DNA of 64,000 nucleotides, taken from contig NC_073386.1 in assembly GCF_028641065.1 (NCBI RefSeq), forward strand, positions 54,932,001-54,996,000, in the 5' to 3' direction. The first letter of the stretch is position 1. Every line of letters starts with the position of its first letter. This DNA is from Leucoraja erinacea. Taxonomy: Eukaryota. The translations under genes were made by a program, and so were the position numbers. Of this stretch, positions 12,515 to 25,500 are shown in pieces. The notes below the pieces were generated by a model. That model was not told the DNA's origin, made no database searches, and was given only the letters and a program-made list of their open reading frames with translations.

Positions 12515-13310
12515 GTCATACGATCTAGAAACAGGCCCTTCTTCTCCACCACGCCCATGGTGACCATTAATTACCCACCGACACTAATTCTATGTACCAG
12601 AATTTGATCTGTAGCCTCCTCTACCGTGACAATTCGACTGCCCATCTAGATAATTCTTAAATAGTGTGAATGTACCTGCTTCCACTACCCACTCAAGCAA
12701 CGAGTTCTTGATGCCAACCATAACGTAGGTAAAAAAATACTCCTTCACAGCCCCTCTGAATGTCCTACCCCTTTACAGCTCTTCCCCCTATTTTTGTCCT
12801 CTGTTATGGGGAAAAGGTATCTTACTATATACCCAATCTCTACCCCTTATACATTTGCACACTTCAAGTTCCCCTCAGCAACATCCACTTAAAGGAAACC
12901 AAAACACAGCCTCTTCTTCCTATGCACCTAACTGAAACATTGTAACCTGGCTAATATTCTGGTGAAACTCATCTGCACCCTCTCCAGTGCCATCTCTTTC
13001 TTCCAAAAGTGTGATGACACAGAGTACTTCAGTTAGCCTAACCGATGTTTGATAAAGCTGCTACACAACCTCTGCTCTTATATTCAATGCTCCTGATAAT
13101 GAAGGCTGGTATCTTATATGCATTCTTCACCACTTTATATACCACTATCTTTGGTGCTAAAACCATTTAGACCAATCTCTCATGTGAGACCGTGTCAAAT
13201 GCATCATTAAAATCCATGTAGTCCACAATAACTGCACTGCTCTCATCAACATATTTTACTTTCTATTCAAAAAATTCAATCAAATTAATCAGACAGGCGT
13301 TCACTCCAGC
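12515..13310 (-). mobile_element. Old CR1 LINE fragment
   Basis: Degenerate reverse-complement CR1 3' end (agaaacaggccctt...) and ORF2 remnants (ctctgcaccctctccagtgc). Confidence 0.65.
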
Positions 13311-13362
13311 AATGTCAAGATGATTTTCTTTGAATAAACCCTCAACTATTTATCCCCCAAAT

Positions 13363-13705
13363 AAGACACAAAATGCTGGAGTAAGTCAGCGGGTCATGCG
13401 GCACCATTTTCTCCCCCTCCCCTTCTACCTACATTCCTTCCTCTGGCTTCACAATTCACAACTCTTCAATCCTTTTGTTCCACGCCTTTTGACTTGGTCT
13501 TCTAGCCTTTGTCTATCAAAAGCTCTCCTCATCTACATCAACCTATTGCCTGTCAGGCTTTGTCCTGCCCCATCTCTCCTCTAGCTTCCCATACCCCATA
13601 CAATACGCCAGAAAAAAGGGTCCCAACCCAAAACGGCACCTATCCATATTCTCCAGAGATGCTGCCTGACCCACTGAGTTCCTCTAGCTATTTGCGTCTT
13701 GTTTT
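13363..13705 (+). mobile_element. Penelope-like 3' UTR/terminal unit with a short inverted copy at its 5' side
   Basis: Pyrimidine-rich UTR resembles the reverse complement of 28790-28960 and ends in the terminal unit. Confidence 0.7.
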
Positions 13706-14274
13706 GTAAATTAGCAATTCCACGTATCCAAGTTTTATCGCATTCTCTCATTACTATTGCATGTATCCTGAAAAACGATGAACTATCCTGAAACACTGCG
13801 ATTTTTGGCTCTAATACCCCCTTTTTTTCCCATTGGATAAATAGTCATTATTTTGTCCTCTCTGCACTTGTCATGCCAATCAGATCACCAGAGAAACATG
13901 CTGCATGTTCTGCCAACATTGCCTTTTCAATACGAGTAAACAAAGTTAAGCCAAATTCCAGTCAAAATGAGCTTAAAAGCTCAACATGAATGGCTGGTTG
14001 CAGATTGCCATTTTCCTTTATCAAATAAAAGTATAAGGGGCAGATAGACTGAGAGCAGCTGGTAGAGGGGGACACAACATTTGAAGTGGGAGGCGTTTAA
14101 GAGCAAGATGGTAAGAGTCAGGGTCAGCGTGCCTCTACAAGGGTAAGGCGCAAAGATGGTACATTATGGGAATCCCAGTTACCCAAGGACAGTGAAAGTT
14201 TGATCAGATCAAGTTAGGTCAGGTCATAGAGGTGTAGGAAATGAATGTCAAACAAGTCACTTTGAAGGTTATAG

Positions 14275-14674
14275 CAGGGCTGCCAACATTGGGTGAGAGT
14301 TGAGAGTGAGAAATTGCGAGGGAGTGTAGTGACCGGGGGGGGGGGGGGGGGGGGGGGGCTGTGGGAGGGGGTTACCGGGCGGATTCGGCCCATGTGTCGT
14401 GGGTTGCTGAACCCTGATCTAGATGTTTAGCCTCATTGTGATCCCCCCCATGTTTTACACCCAATTCACCACATCCAACCAAGCAAGAAGAGAAGAGAAG
14501 AGATGCGACGTCACTCACAGCCGCCAACTGACGCTCTTCCACAGACCGCACTTCGTTCTGATGTGGTGCAAAACTGTGCAGGGACTGAAGACAGCGTGAG
14601 AATTCTGTCATCAGGGTGAGAATTGGCTGAAATGCGTTACTCTCATGCTCAAAGCGTGAGAGTTGGCAGCCCTG
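14275..14674. mobile_element. hAT-like non-autonomous element (CAGGG termini)
   Basis: 13-bp perfect TIR cagggctgccaac/gttggcagccctg; same right end recurs at ~35150-35232; no TSD visible. Confidence 0.6.
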
Positions 14675-14694
14675 TCTAAGGCCAGGATGTGACA

Positions 14695-15145
14695 ACAGAC
14701 ACTCAGGGAAACACATACACAAAGGAAGACACATACACACACACAGGGAGACAGACACACACACACACAGGGAGGGAGACACACACACACACACACACGG
14801 GGAGACTCACACACACACACAGACACACACACACACATAGACACACAGACACGCACACACACATAGGGAGACACACGCACACAAGGAGACACACACAGGG
14901 AGACAGACACACAAGCACACACCTTTCCTTCCCCTTCCCTCCCGCCATCCTCCCCTTCCTCCCTCCTGCCTGCATCCCCCTCTTTCTCCCCCTCCCACCC
15001 TCTTTCCTCACCCTCCCTCTTTTGTTCCTTTCTCCTTTCCTTCCTTCATCCCTCTTCTACATTCCCTCCCCTTGTCTCTCTTTGCCTCCATCCCTCCCTT
15101 TTTTTCTTTCCCTCTCTCTCTTTCCCCCCTCCCTCTCTCTCCCCG
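14695..15145. repeat. Compound (CA)n/AGAC microsatellite followed by CT-rich low-complexity tract
   Basis: Direct inspection. Confidence 0.9.
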
Positions 15146-15399
15146 GCCGCCCAATAGGGAGTCTGGCGGGCACGGTATTGCGTGGATTGGCGGCGCTGCC
15201 GCTGCCGTGTGAGTTGAAGGGCAGGAGAGAGGGAGGGAGAGAGGGAGCGAGGCTGCAGCAGCGGCCGGCAGCGCAGCGCTCATAATCGGCGCACAGAGGC
15301 CCTGACACCCGGCGGCTGCACATCCAACCAAGAGAGAAGAGATGCGACGTCACTCACAGCCGTCAACCAACGCGCTTCCCCAGATTGTGCAGGTCGCTG

Positions 15400-18300
15400 T
15401 CATGTGGCGCAAAGAGACAAACAGTGCAGCAAAGATCGTATAGCTCCGCTGGTTATTAGAGGATCGGGAGAGCGGTGATCTTGAACGGATTAAGAAGATC
15501 CTAATTTAAGAAAAATCGGGATCGTACACAAGTGCAAACAAGCGTGTTGCTTTGAAGTGATCTTGATAAGTCGTCCTACACAACGATTGCCAATTACCCA
15601 AGAAGTCTGGGGGTCGGTTTAAAAAAATGCACGCATTAGATGGCCGTCTCTCAACAGTCAATGATGAAAAAATACAGATTACGCTTGGTGCTATCTAACT
15701 GCACAACGCATCGAATACATGAGGCAAGGGGTTCAAAATAACGGGTACAGTAGGCTATGTGTAGCTACCAGTGACACTAATGTACATAGTGCGTGGGGGG
15801 GGGAAATGAGTGATGTCATACCGTACTGATTCGGCTCCTAAACGAATAGGAACGTTCCAGCACCCCAGCCGTTGAAGCTAGAGCAATACCATCGCATACG
15901 CATTTTACCCCAACCCAGTAACAGCGCACGGAGTTAGTAAGCATGAAGAAGAGGAAGTGATTGGCCAAGAGAAATAGGTTGAGGAGAGTCAGGTAGAGGG
16001 AGTAACAAAAGTGGTCAAGTGTTTTCGACACGGTCGAGAACATAACGACAATAGTAGCAATGAAGAGGGAGAGGGCAAAAGAGACTATGAAGGACTAGCG
16101 TGGATGCGAGGCAAATACTAATGGATGTTTGGATTGCCCTACTTGACGCCCAAAAACGGCAACCTCGCTCCAGGAATTCATGTAGCGAGAAGCAGACAAA
16201 TCCCCGGGCTACACAAAAAAGAAAGGCGAAAAAAAAAAGGAAAGAGAAAAACACAGAATACTAGCCGAGTCAGGAAGAATTGGAGGCATCACGAGAAAAA
16301 GATGTAGCTGGATGGGCGGAAAAAATGACTACAAAGCAGAGCGGGGGACAGCAAAAGCACATTAACAAAAAGGGAACGAAAGGAGCGGTGGTACAAAAAA
16401 AGGTGAATTAAAGGAATGAACGGCAAACTACAAAAGGAAGATAAATGAAGGAAAATAGTGCGAAAAGTGTGACGATGCCTCAAAACAACGACTACAGAAA
16501 AGACAGATGTTGATTAGGACAAAATAGAAACATATAGTAAGAGACATGGGAAAAAATAGGACAAACAGTTATGTGGGACATAAAAAGAAAGCGAATACGG
16601 TCCACACAGGAACAAAGAGTCAACACCAAACGACAAGAGCGAGGCAACAAGAAGGGATAAGCAACAAAGTATGACAACGCTGGTTAGCGGGAGGGATAAT
16701 AGGGTGCGAGATGGGGCCAGGTAAAAGCATTGAAAAATGGGGGATGCTAGGTGGAAAAGAAAGGCAGCAAGGATAAGCGGAACTAATGTTGGTGACAATA
16801 GACGTGAGTATGAGATCTGAAAATCGCTACTGAAGGACAGGCATTCAGTGTTCATGCAGGCGCGGGGAACAGGGGAGAACAAAACGGAAGAAATAATGAG
16901 AATGAGAAATGGGGCGATAAAGATATATGGTCAAAGTAGCCCGAGCTCAACATATACAAGGGAAGAAAGCATAAAACATGGGAAAAAGCATAAAAACAAG
17001 CCGTGACGAGTTATTCCCCGTGGGGAAACGTGGATGTAGGACGGGGTTAACACGCTGCGCGAACAAAAAACCGAAGGCACAACAGTACAACTAAAGACAC
17101 ACGGACATGCTTGAATCAATACAAGTACAAGGCAGCTGGGGGAATGGAGTATGAAAGGTTGCACAATGACAAAAAACGATCGGTGCGGTAGCTCGGTGTG
17201 AAATGGGAAAGGAGAGGGGAAGGGGGAGTTCGGTACAACAAACCGGTAAGCAGCGATATGGGAATGTGGACACGATGCATATGCTGAGGGGACGCAGGGT
17301 GGAGGAGTGGGGACCGAAACGGACGAAGATACCGGTATGAACTAGGTGCAGGTGGGCGGGTTGGGGTGGGACTAGCCAAAGGTCCCGGCAGAACCACGGT
17401 CCACAGTGGTCACAGGAACGGTATAAAGATAAAAAGGAGGCGGATGCGGGGTGTCATTTAAATATGACGGGACAGATCACATGGGATCCAGTCGGAGGAC
17501 AAGCGTACGCGACACAAGGTGGGGGACAAAGGATCGGGAGTGTCACAGTGACTATACTAAAAGACTGGACATCCACAGTCTGTATAAGGCAGGGCCTCTA
17601 AAGAAACACAAAGTCCCCTTGTGGGTGCAGGTCACGATAACGGGTGTGGAAGATTAGGGGCGTTGCTGTCTGGGACCTTGGAGTGCGGGGCAAATGTTGG
17701 GTCTTGAAGGTGGACCCTTAGGGCTTAGTGGAACGGGTGTGCAGGCAATGGTGTAGTTGCCGTTACAGCGGCCCTTAAGAGAGGGTGGGAGCGAATCAAG
17801 ATGGCGGTGTATGGGGTAGGTTTTATAGCCGACGTAGGTGGTTGGTGGACAGAGTTCGGGTCACCGAGGGGGGCCACGAAGGAATGGTGAAAATGAGACG
17901 AGTGCTAAAGCAGATAACAGGGACATTGGGACCAGGGGGAGAAACTTGGGGCCGGGAAACCATCTATTCCTATAGCACGGTTTATCGCGTGCGTGGGGAT
18001 GGCTGCCCGCACACTCACTGACTCTGCGCGAGCTTTGGGGTCGTGTACAGCTCGGGGGCTTCAATGATGAGCTGGTATCCAAGACAGAGTGTGTGGTCGG
18101 TGGTACTGATCTGTGCTGTGCAGAATCGTGGGAGGTGGCATATAATCAAATTAAAACACACGACCAGGGGGACAGCAGAAACAGGGCAAACTCTCGTGTG
18201 AAGACCACCGAGGAGAGGCGAATCGGGAAGTCCAGGTGTGGGGAGCGAATGGAGTGCCACCAGTGAACAAAGGTTAGGTATAAACAACATGGATGGGTGA

Positions 18301-21300
18301 GGCGTGAGTAGACGTGCAGGGAGATGGAGTTGTGCCTGGACAAACAAAGGTGAACGAAGAAAAGGGCCTACAACTGGAAAAAAGAGTAGGCGGGCGACAG
18401 AACCCGGTGGGACGAAATAAAACATGCATTGGCGCGGAGGTATTGGCTAGGCGAGGCGCACCGGAGGAGGATCTTGCGGCCTAGACGGAGGCGTACTACA
18501 CAGGCTCATGACACAGGGACTGTAACACTAGCCGGTAATACACACGGGCGGGCGAAAAAATAGCCCGAGTGGGTATCTAGGGTGCATAGCATATTAGTCC
18601 AACAAAAAGCCTAAGCCGGCAAAGCGAACAGGCGAAGAGGGGGTACATGAAGAGGCGGGGGGAGAACTGCCTACATTGGAAACACTACGGAAAGAAATCT
18701 AGGGGACCGGGACGTAAAACTAGTTCAACCAGACGTAGAAGCTACACAAGCGGGAGAATGGGGAGACTAGATAAACAAGATGCAAAAAATGCGAAAAGAA
18801 CCGAGAGGCCCTAGGACGAGTAAATGGACCGGGGCGGGAGGGGTGGTGGGGGACGAGGGGGGGGGGGGCTAGGAGGTGTCGGGGAACGACGCAAGTAACA
18901 ATAAAAGTGGTAAAATACCCCCAACCCAACGCCCAAGCTGGTACGAAAATTTGCAAGGGATTCCAGCTCGGATGGTATAGGGGGCTAGTCATAGCCAACT
19001 TTTAAACCGTCACTTGATCGCAATAGTAGGTTAATTGAGTTGGCGTTGTGATGAAGGTGGGAGGTCCTGTTGCGAGCACTGATCACTGCCATTGGACCCG
19101 CAACTAGGGGAGGGTGGATGAGAGAGAGCTCAAGGGTGTCGGACTTATTTTAATTTATTGATATCTTAACTCAGCGATATTAGTGACTGTAGAAGTATGA
19201 TTTCAGGTGTTTTGTGTAGGAAGTATTGTGGAGATCTTTGTTAAGAGGTAACGAAGCCACACAAAGGGGGGGATGGTGTTATGCAGAAACTCGAAACCAG
19301 AGAGAATATTGAGGGCGCGGCCACCCCAACAGTTCTAAAAACGTTAGACTTATCATTGGAGTAGACAGTTATTGAGGTATGGACCAAAGCAGGTGGCAGG
19401 TGCGGGACATGTTGGCGGGTGTGGCAAGAGTTGCACCGTCGCAGGGCCTAGAAATCGTAACTCACGACTTGCATATCACTCTATGACTACAATTATCCTC
19501 CGACCATGCTGAATCGTCCTTCAAAATGCCGTTAATCGGACTCTTTAGAAACCCTAGACAAATGTGTGTGCCAGTGAATGTGCATCGACCCCTTCGCGCC
19601 ACGCACTGCCATTCTATATTATCAAGGCTATTCACCTAGCTAAATCACTCACCTCTATTCCTGTTTTTTCCCCATACGACTCCACTGCGTTGGTGCGTCG
19701 TTAGGCCCCAACGACACTATTGTCACTCTCACCGCTGCGTGGAAAACATCGCGTGAATTGGCCTGTACACTAGCGAGCGCAGCCAAGCAGCATTGTCGTA
19801 GAAAGTTGGAAAGCGCCTCCAGTCCAAAATTCCAGCGTCGAGCCAAAGACTCTGCTGCAGAAAGTTTGTTAATCATGCCATCTCGTCCTTACTGCCCCAC
19901 CCCCCCCTTATCTTAAAACTATACCCAATTGTTCTGACGCCCGCCAACTCGGAACATGTTTCCTGCGGAGTACAGTTAAAGCTGAAAATCTAGGCATGCC
20001 ACTGTTGCTTTCACCAACCAGCGCGCCACATTTGCAAGTCCCACTATCTTTCCAGCCGTATCTACCCAGGATGCTGTGGGTACCAGTACTTCCAGGCAGC
20101 CTGACTGGGGTTGTCCTTCCCAGATGCAACCGGCCCGCAAGCCTGAGTCCATGCTGTCAAGCGGTCAGCCGATGCACTTCGACACAGACTCTCTCTCTCT
20201 CCCCCCCTCTTCCGTCTACTCGAAAACTCTCAAACCGCCCCCCTCTCTATCTCCTCCCTAGGCCGCCCTACTCTTTCCCCTGAGCTTCGTGGCTCCTCTC
20301 TCCCTCTCCTCTCAGTCTCCCCCCTTCGCCAAGCCCATGAAACACGGGTCGCCTTCACAACTCTCCAGCCGGGCTCCTCCAACTCGTCGTCTGCTCTCCG
20401 CACGCCTCTCTTTCCCCCCCTCCTCCCCCTCCCCCTTACTCTTTTCCCTCTGTCTCCTCATCCCCCTGGACCCCTAGCGCTCTCCTCGCCCCCTGACTTC
20501 CTTCGCCAACCTCTTTGCGGCGTGAGATTTGTAGAAGGGTGTCGTGAATTCAGTCCGCTCAAATCACCTGTGATAGGGGCAGTGACGGCCAGCCTAGCCA
20601 GCTCTATCTCCTCTCCTACAGTCAACCCCCGCCCTTCCCCCCCTCCCTACTCCTTCATGTTCTCTCCCTTCTCATCCTCAGCTACTCGCCTCTCACTTTC
20701 CTCTCTGGCTCTCTCTCAGCAGGGATCACTTCCCTCTCTCACTCCCTCTCACCCCGTCAGCCCCCATCCCCCTCCTCCTCGGTCACGTCCACTCCTCCAC
20801 TGCCGCTGCTCTCTCTTCATACTCGCCCTCTCTCGCCTCTCATCCCCCTCGTCTCTCCACCCCTCTACTTCTCCCCTCTCCATCACCCGCGCCACCTCAC
20901 TCGCCCCTTTCTCGCCAGCAGTCACCCACACTCTATCGCTCCTCTAACATCTCCCACACACCTCTCTCGACACCGAGCCGTGCACACAACACCCATCTTG
21001 CCGCTGAGATAGAAACAATCGCTCAGAAACCCCCGCGTGTTCCCCTAACTCTCTGACTCCCACCATCGTTCCCCTCAACAGTCTCTCAGATCTGCATCCC
21101 CCCCTCTCGGGCTCCCTCTTTTCTTCTTCCTTCCCTGCTCTCTGTCTCCCCCTCTCGGAATACCCCCTCTCTAGTAGGAACTCATTCTTTCAGCGTACCC
21201 ATCCACGCCCTCATCAGATATCCGCTCCCATACTCATCATCCGTCTATACCACTCCTCCCCTCGCTCTGTGTCGCCTCGCGGCCACCTCTCTCCCCCCAC

Positions 21301-22060
21301 CCCGGCTCTCGCGCTCATCTCTCTCTCTCCCACATTTAACCCCTCCCACCTCACCATCCCCTCCTCCTGTCTCCATTCCCCTCGCTCTGTTCTCCTCTAT
21401 CTCCTCTGTCTCTTTTGCCCCCACGCCATCATCCCTCGTATCCGCCCCCGCTCCCGCTCAGTCTATTTACCACCACCCCTCTCTTACCCCGCTCTCCTCT
21501 CTCCTACCCTCTCCGGCTTTCCACCTCCTCTCTCTTCCCCTCTTTGTTCCTCAAGAAGATCACCCTCTCTCTCTACACCCCTCGTCCCCCCATCCCTCTC
21601 TGCCCCCCCTCTCCCTCTTGGCTCGGAGTCTCATCCATTCCCACAGGCACCCGTCGGTCTCTCCCCGTCTACTCATCCCTCTCACGCCCCTCGCTCTCCC
21701 CCCCCCACGTCGCCCTGTCTCCAGTCCCCTCTCTCTACACTCTCTCCCACCTCCCTTTGAGATGCTTGGTCCCGGCGGCACGAAGAACTCTCGCGGCAGG
21801 TCGAGCCACAACGCTTCCGCCAGCTCCGCGGCCCCGGGACCTCAGCCCTGTCCAAGGGACGGGCGTCAACATGCCTAGAGTCCCTTCCATCGTCAGGCCC
21901 CGCGACCACCGCAGCGCCGGCAACACTCGCCAAGTCCACCGACGCTCCCCAACGCACTGGTGTTCCCGACTCGCGCTGTTTCTTGTGGGGGGGGGCCTCA
22001 ACCATCCGCCTTATGGAATTCAGGCTCAGAGAAGCTTTATGCTGTGCATGTAGTGTTTCA
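15400..22060. other. Probable low-quality (unpolished long-read) assembly segment
   Basis: Loss of CpG depletion, long purine-rich then pyrimidine-rich stretches, indel-riddled CR1 3' end at ~19240-19490. Confidence 0.7.
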
Positions 22061-22466
22061 CAGCAAAAGAAAAAAAGAGTTAGATATCCCTGGGATTTCC
22101 TTTTTTGTACCCAAAAGATCAACACTGGAAATATGGAGTAATTTTCTTTATTTGGACACAACATGCCAGTTTCAACCATAAGCTCAACCTTATCTTAATT
22201 CAATTTTGCTGTATGTCTGGGAGATTCCTTGCTTTGTTTATACTTTCCCATCCTCATGTTTAAACAGTTTGTGTTAGTTCGCATAGTCACTTGTATAGTT
22301 TTGCTCCAAATACTTCACTTTGTTCTCAGACATTTTCCTTTCCAGGAATTGTGTACATTGGCAACCTTCTGTTTATTTCATGGAGAGACTGGGATTCCCT
22401 GAAAACATTGTTACTTTGAGTCTATGTTCATAAATTCAATCTCCTAATATAGCTACTGATGATTTA

Positions 22467-22766
22467 TGGGCCTGTCCCACTTACGCGACTTTTTCAGCGA
22501 CTGCCGACACCCGTCATAGGTTATTGCATGGTCGCTGAAAGACCAGAGAGACGCTACGACTCTTTGGGCGACTGGGGAGACTACTCACGATCATACAGGC
22601 GAACCTGGGGCCATGTCGCGGGGTGAAGCCTGTATGGTCGTGAGTAGTCGCCCAAAGAGTCGTACCTTGTTCTGGTCGCCGCTGTATTTTCAGCATGTTG
22701 AACATTTTCAACGACATTGCAACAACCTATGACGGCTGTCGCCGAAAAAGTCGTGGAACAGGCCCA
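22467..22766. mobile_element. PIF/Harbinger-like MITE
   Basis: TTA|tgggcctgtcccac...gtggaacaggccca|TTA; 3-bp TWA duplication. Confidence 0.85.
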
Positions 22767-22934
22767 TTAGGAAAAGCTACTGCTTTCCAAAATGAATGCA
22801 GACCATTCATTGGGACCAAACTTAATTGATCAGAATCTGGATGCCCAGAACGAATGTAAGAACACCTCATATTCTCCTTCAGTCGCCTACAACCCAACAG
22901 CATGAACGCCAAATTCTCCAATTTCGGGTAATTT

Positions 22935-23145
22935 TATGGGAGGTGGGTGTATGGAACAAGCTGCCAGAGGAGGTAGTTGAGGCTGGGACTATCCCAATAT
23001 TTAAGCAGTTGGACAGGTGCATGGATAGGACAGGTTTGGGGGGATATGGACCAAGCACGGGCAGGCGGGACTAGTGTAGCTAGGACATGTTGGTCAGTGT
23101 GGGCAAGTTGGGCCGAAGGGCCTGTTTCCACACTGTATCGTTCTA
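22935..23145 (+). mobile_element. CR1 LINE 3' end
   Basis: VWNKLPEEVVEAGT...FK; tail ttgggccgaagggcctgtttccacactgtat. Confidence 0.85.
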
Positions 23146-23149
23146 TAAA

Positions 23150-23600
23150 TCTCATCCACCCTGTTGGTTTGTCTCCCCACCCCCATCTGTGCACACACCT
23201 TTCCCCAATGGCCCCATCACCCAGTTTTTATCCCCTCCTCCTTATGCTCATCTCCCATCCCTCCATTTACCAGTTCTGCCATTTTCCATTCCACACCCCC
23301 CCCCACTATGTCCCCTTCCATGTACCATCCCTTTGCATTTCACTACTCCTCTTCCATCCTTGTCTGTCACCCTTTCATCTCCACTTTAACCTTTGTTATT
23401 ATCCCCACACATTTGCCAATCACCTCTGCTGTATCTACTTAACACTTGTCAGTTTTTGTCCCACCCCTTCCTTTTACCTCTCTTTACCAGCTTTCTCCCC
23501 TCTATCAATCTGCAGAAAATCCCATACCCAACATGTCATCTGTCCATTTCCTTCCTCAGATGTTCCCTGACCTGCTGAATTCCTCCAGCACTTAAGTGTT
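23150..23600 (+). mobile_element. Old Penelope-like 3' UTR/terminal unit
   Basis: Pyrimidine-rich UTR ending ctgcagaa...cctgacctgctgaattcctccagcact. Confidence 0.6.
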
Positions 23601-23741
23601 CTGGTTTTGAAAAAAAGACATATTGATCCACTTTAAAGGATATCAAGTCGTTTTTGGAGGGCTGTCCTTGTTAAATGGCATCAGTTTGTCAGAAATATTC
23701 CATAATCAACAAAATATTACAAGTTAATTTGTTCTCAGTTT

Positions 23742-24380
23742 ACCAGGGAGTACAAATACCTTGGAGTGTACATGTATAGTAAACTGGGCTGGTCAAGGAA
23801 CGCTGAGTGGGTACATGAAGGGACCGAGACGCCTGTATTTTTTGAGAAGGCTCCGCTCCTTCAACGCCTGCAGTAAGATTCTGCCGATGTTCTACCAATC
23901 TGTGGTAGCCAGTGCCATCTTTGTCGCTGTCTTGTGCTGGGGTAGCAGGGTAAGGCCGCAGGCGCCAATAAGAAATAACAAGCTCATCAGGAAGGCTGGC
24001 TCCATCCTGGGGGCGGAGTTGGATCCATGGGAGGTGGTCTTGGAGGGGAGGATGCTCCTCAAACTGCGGAGCATCTTGGATAATGCAGCTCACCCCCTCC
24101 ATGACACACTGGTCAACCTGAGGAGCACCTTCAACAACAGACTAGTTCCACCAAAATGCAGTACAGAACGCCACAGGAGATCCTTCTTCCCTGTGGCTAT
24201 CAAACTATACAACACTTCCCCATTTTGTTGTGGGGTAGACCTACTCCCCTCCCTCTGCAATCTTTGCACATCCCCAATCCTTTCCGCTCGTCACTTTAAT
24301 TTCATGTTTCATGTATCTTGTTGTGTTTTATGACTGTTAGCAGATCAATTTCCCTCCTGGGATAAATAAAGTTCAATTGG
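23742..24380 (+). mobile_element. Rex1/Babar-clade LINE 3' portion
   Basis: YKYLG, then RLYFLRRLRSFN...FYQSVVASAI...HPLH...RRSFFPVAIKLYN; tail ending cctcctgggataaataaag. Same end inverted at 32035-32290. Confidence 0.88.
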
Positions 24381-24509
24381 TTCGTATCATATGGTTCTTA
24401 GTGCTTTTCACTGAGCTATAAATATTCACCAGGACGCAATTCCAAATATGCCTGAAATCCCTTGAATATTGTTTCCCTTGATGTTAATGGAGGGTAGGGG
24501 TGGGGGGAG

Positions 24510-25500
24510 TCATAGAGCTATGTCGCATGAAAACAGGCACAAAGATTCAACTCGTCCCTGCAGTCAATTTGCCAAACCAAACCAATCCCACTTCCTTGCA
24601 TCTGGTCCACATGCCTGCAAACCTTTCCTAACAAGGTACAATTGTCAGAATGCTGCTTGGATTAGAAGGTATTAGTTCTGAGGAAAGGTTTGACAAATTT
24701 GGATTGCCTGGGGGATCTTTAATCAAACTTGGTGGGCCAGAGGGTGAGGGGAGACTAGACAAGAGTATATAAAATTATGAGAGGTGAAGATAGGGTGGAA
24801 AATCCAGATGATGCTTTTTTTCCCCAGGATTGAAATGTCAAAGACTTGATGGCAAAGCTTTATCAGAAGGGGAAAGTTTACAGGAGATATGTGGAGCAAG
24901 TCTTTTTGTGGAACGTGTTGTCAGGGATGGTGGTGAAAGCAGATGAGATAGTGGTGTTTCAGAGGCTTTTAGATAGGCACACGGATCTGCAGGGAATGAA
25001 GGGATAAAGATCACGTGTAGACAGAGAAGATTAATATGTCGTCCTGTTCAGCCCAGACATTGCGAGCCATAGAGTCTGTTCCTATGCTGTACTGTTGTAT
25101 GTTTTATGTTCATTTTTAAATATTGTAATTTTATCTCCCCCTCCCACTTCCTCTGGTAGTTCCATATGCACATAATCCTGTGTAAAAGAGTTGTCGCTCA
25201 AGTTCATTTATTTCTTTCCCCTCTGATTTTAAACAAATGTCTTACAGCTTTTGTCTCCACTGTCCTGAGGAAAAGTAATTATTTACCTTCTCTATGTCTC
25301 CCGCTATGATATAAACCTCTCTAAAGTCACTCCTCAGTTTCCTATGCTTTAAGGAAAAAAAAGTCCTAGTTTAATCAGCCTCTCCTTCCAACTCAAACCT
25401 TCCAGACCAAACAACATTTTGTGAACTTTTTTAGCACCCTTTCCAGTTTAATAACATCGCATAGCAGGGAGATCACAATACTCGATAGGTAGCTTTACTA
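24510..25500. mobile_element. Nested old CR1 fragments (plus copy ~24645-25110 inside a minus copy)
   Basis: Degenerate CR1 3' sequences in both orientations. Confidence 0.6.

Noticed and set aside
14372-23578. Many 100-200 aa ORFs (TH/CV repeats, Pro/Ser/Leu-rich)
   Set aside because: Translations of microsatellite, low-complexity or noisy sequence; no domain motifs.
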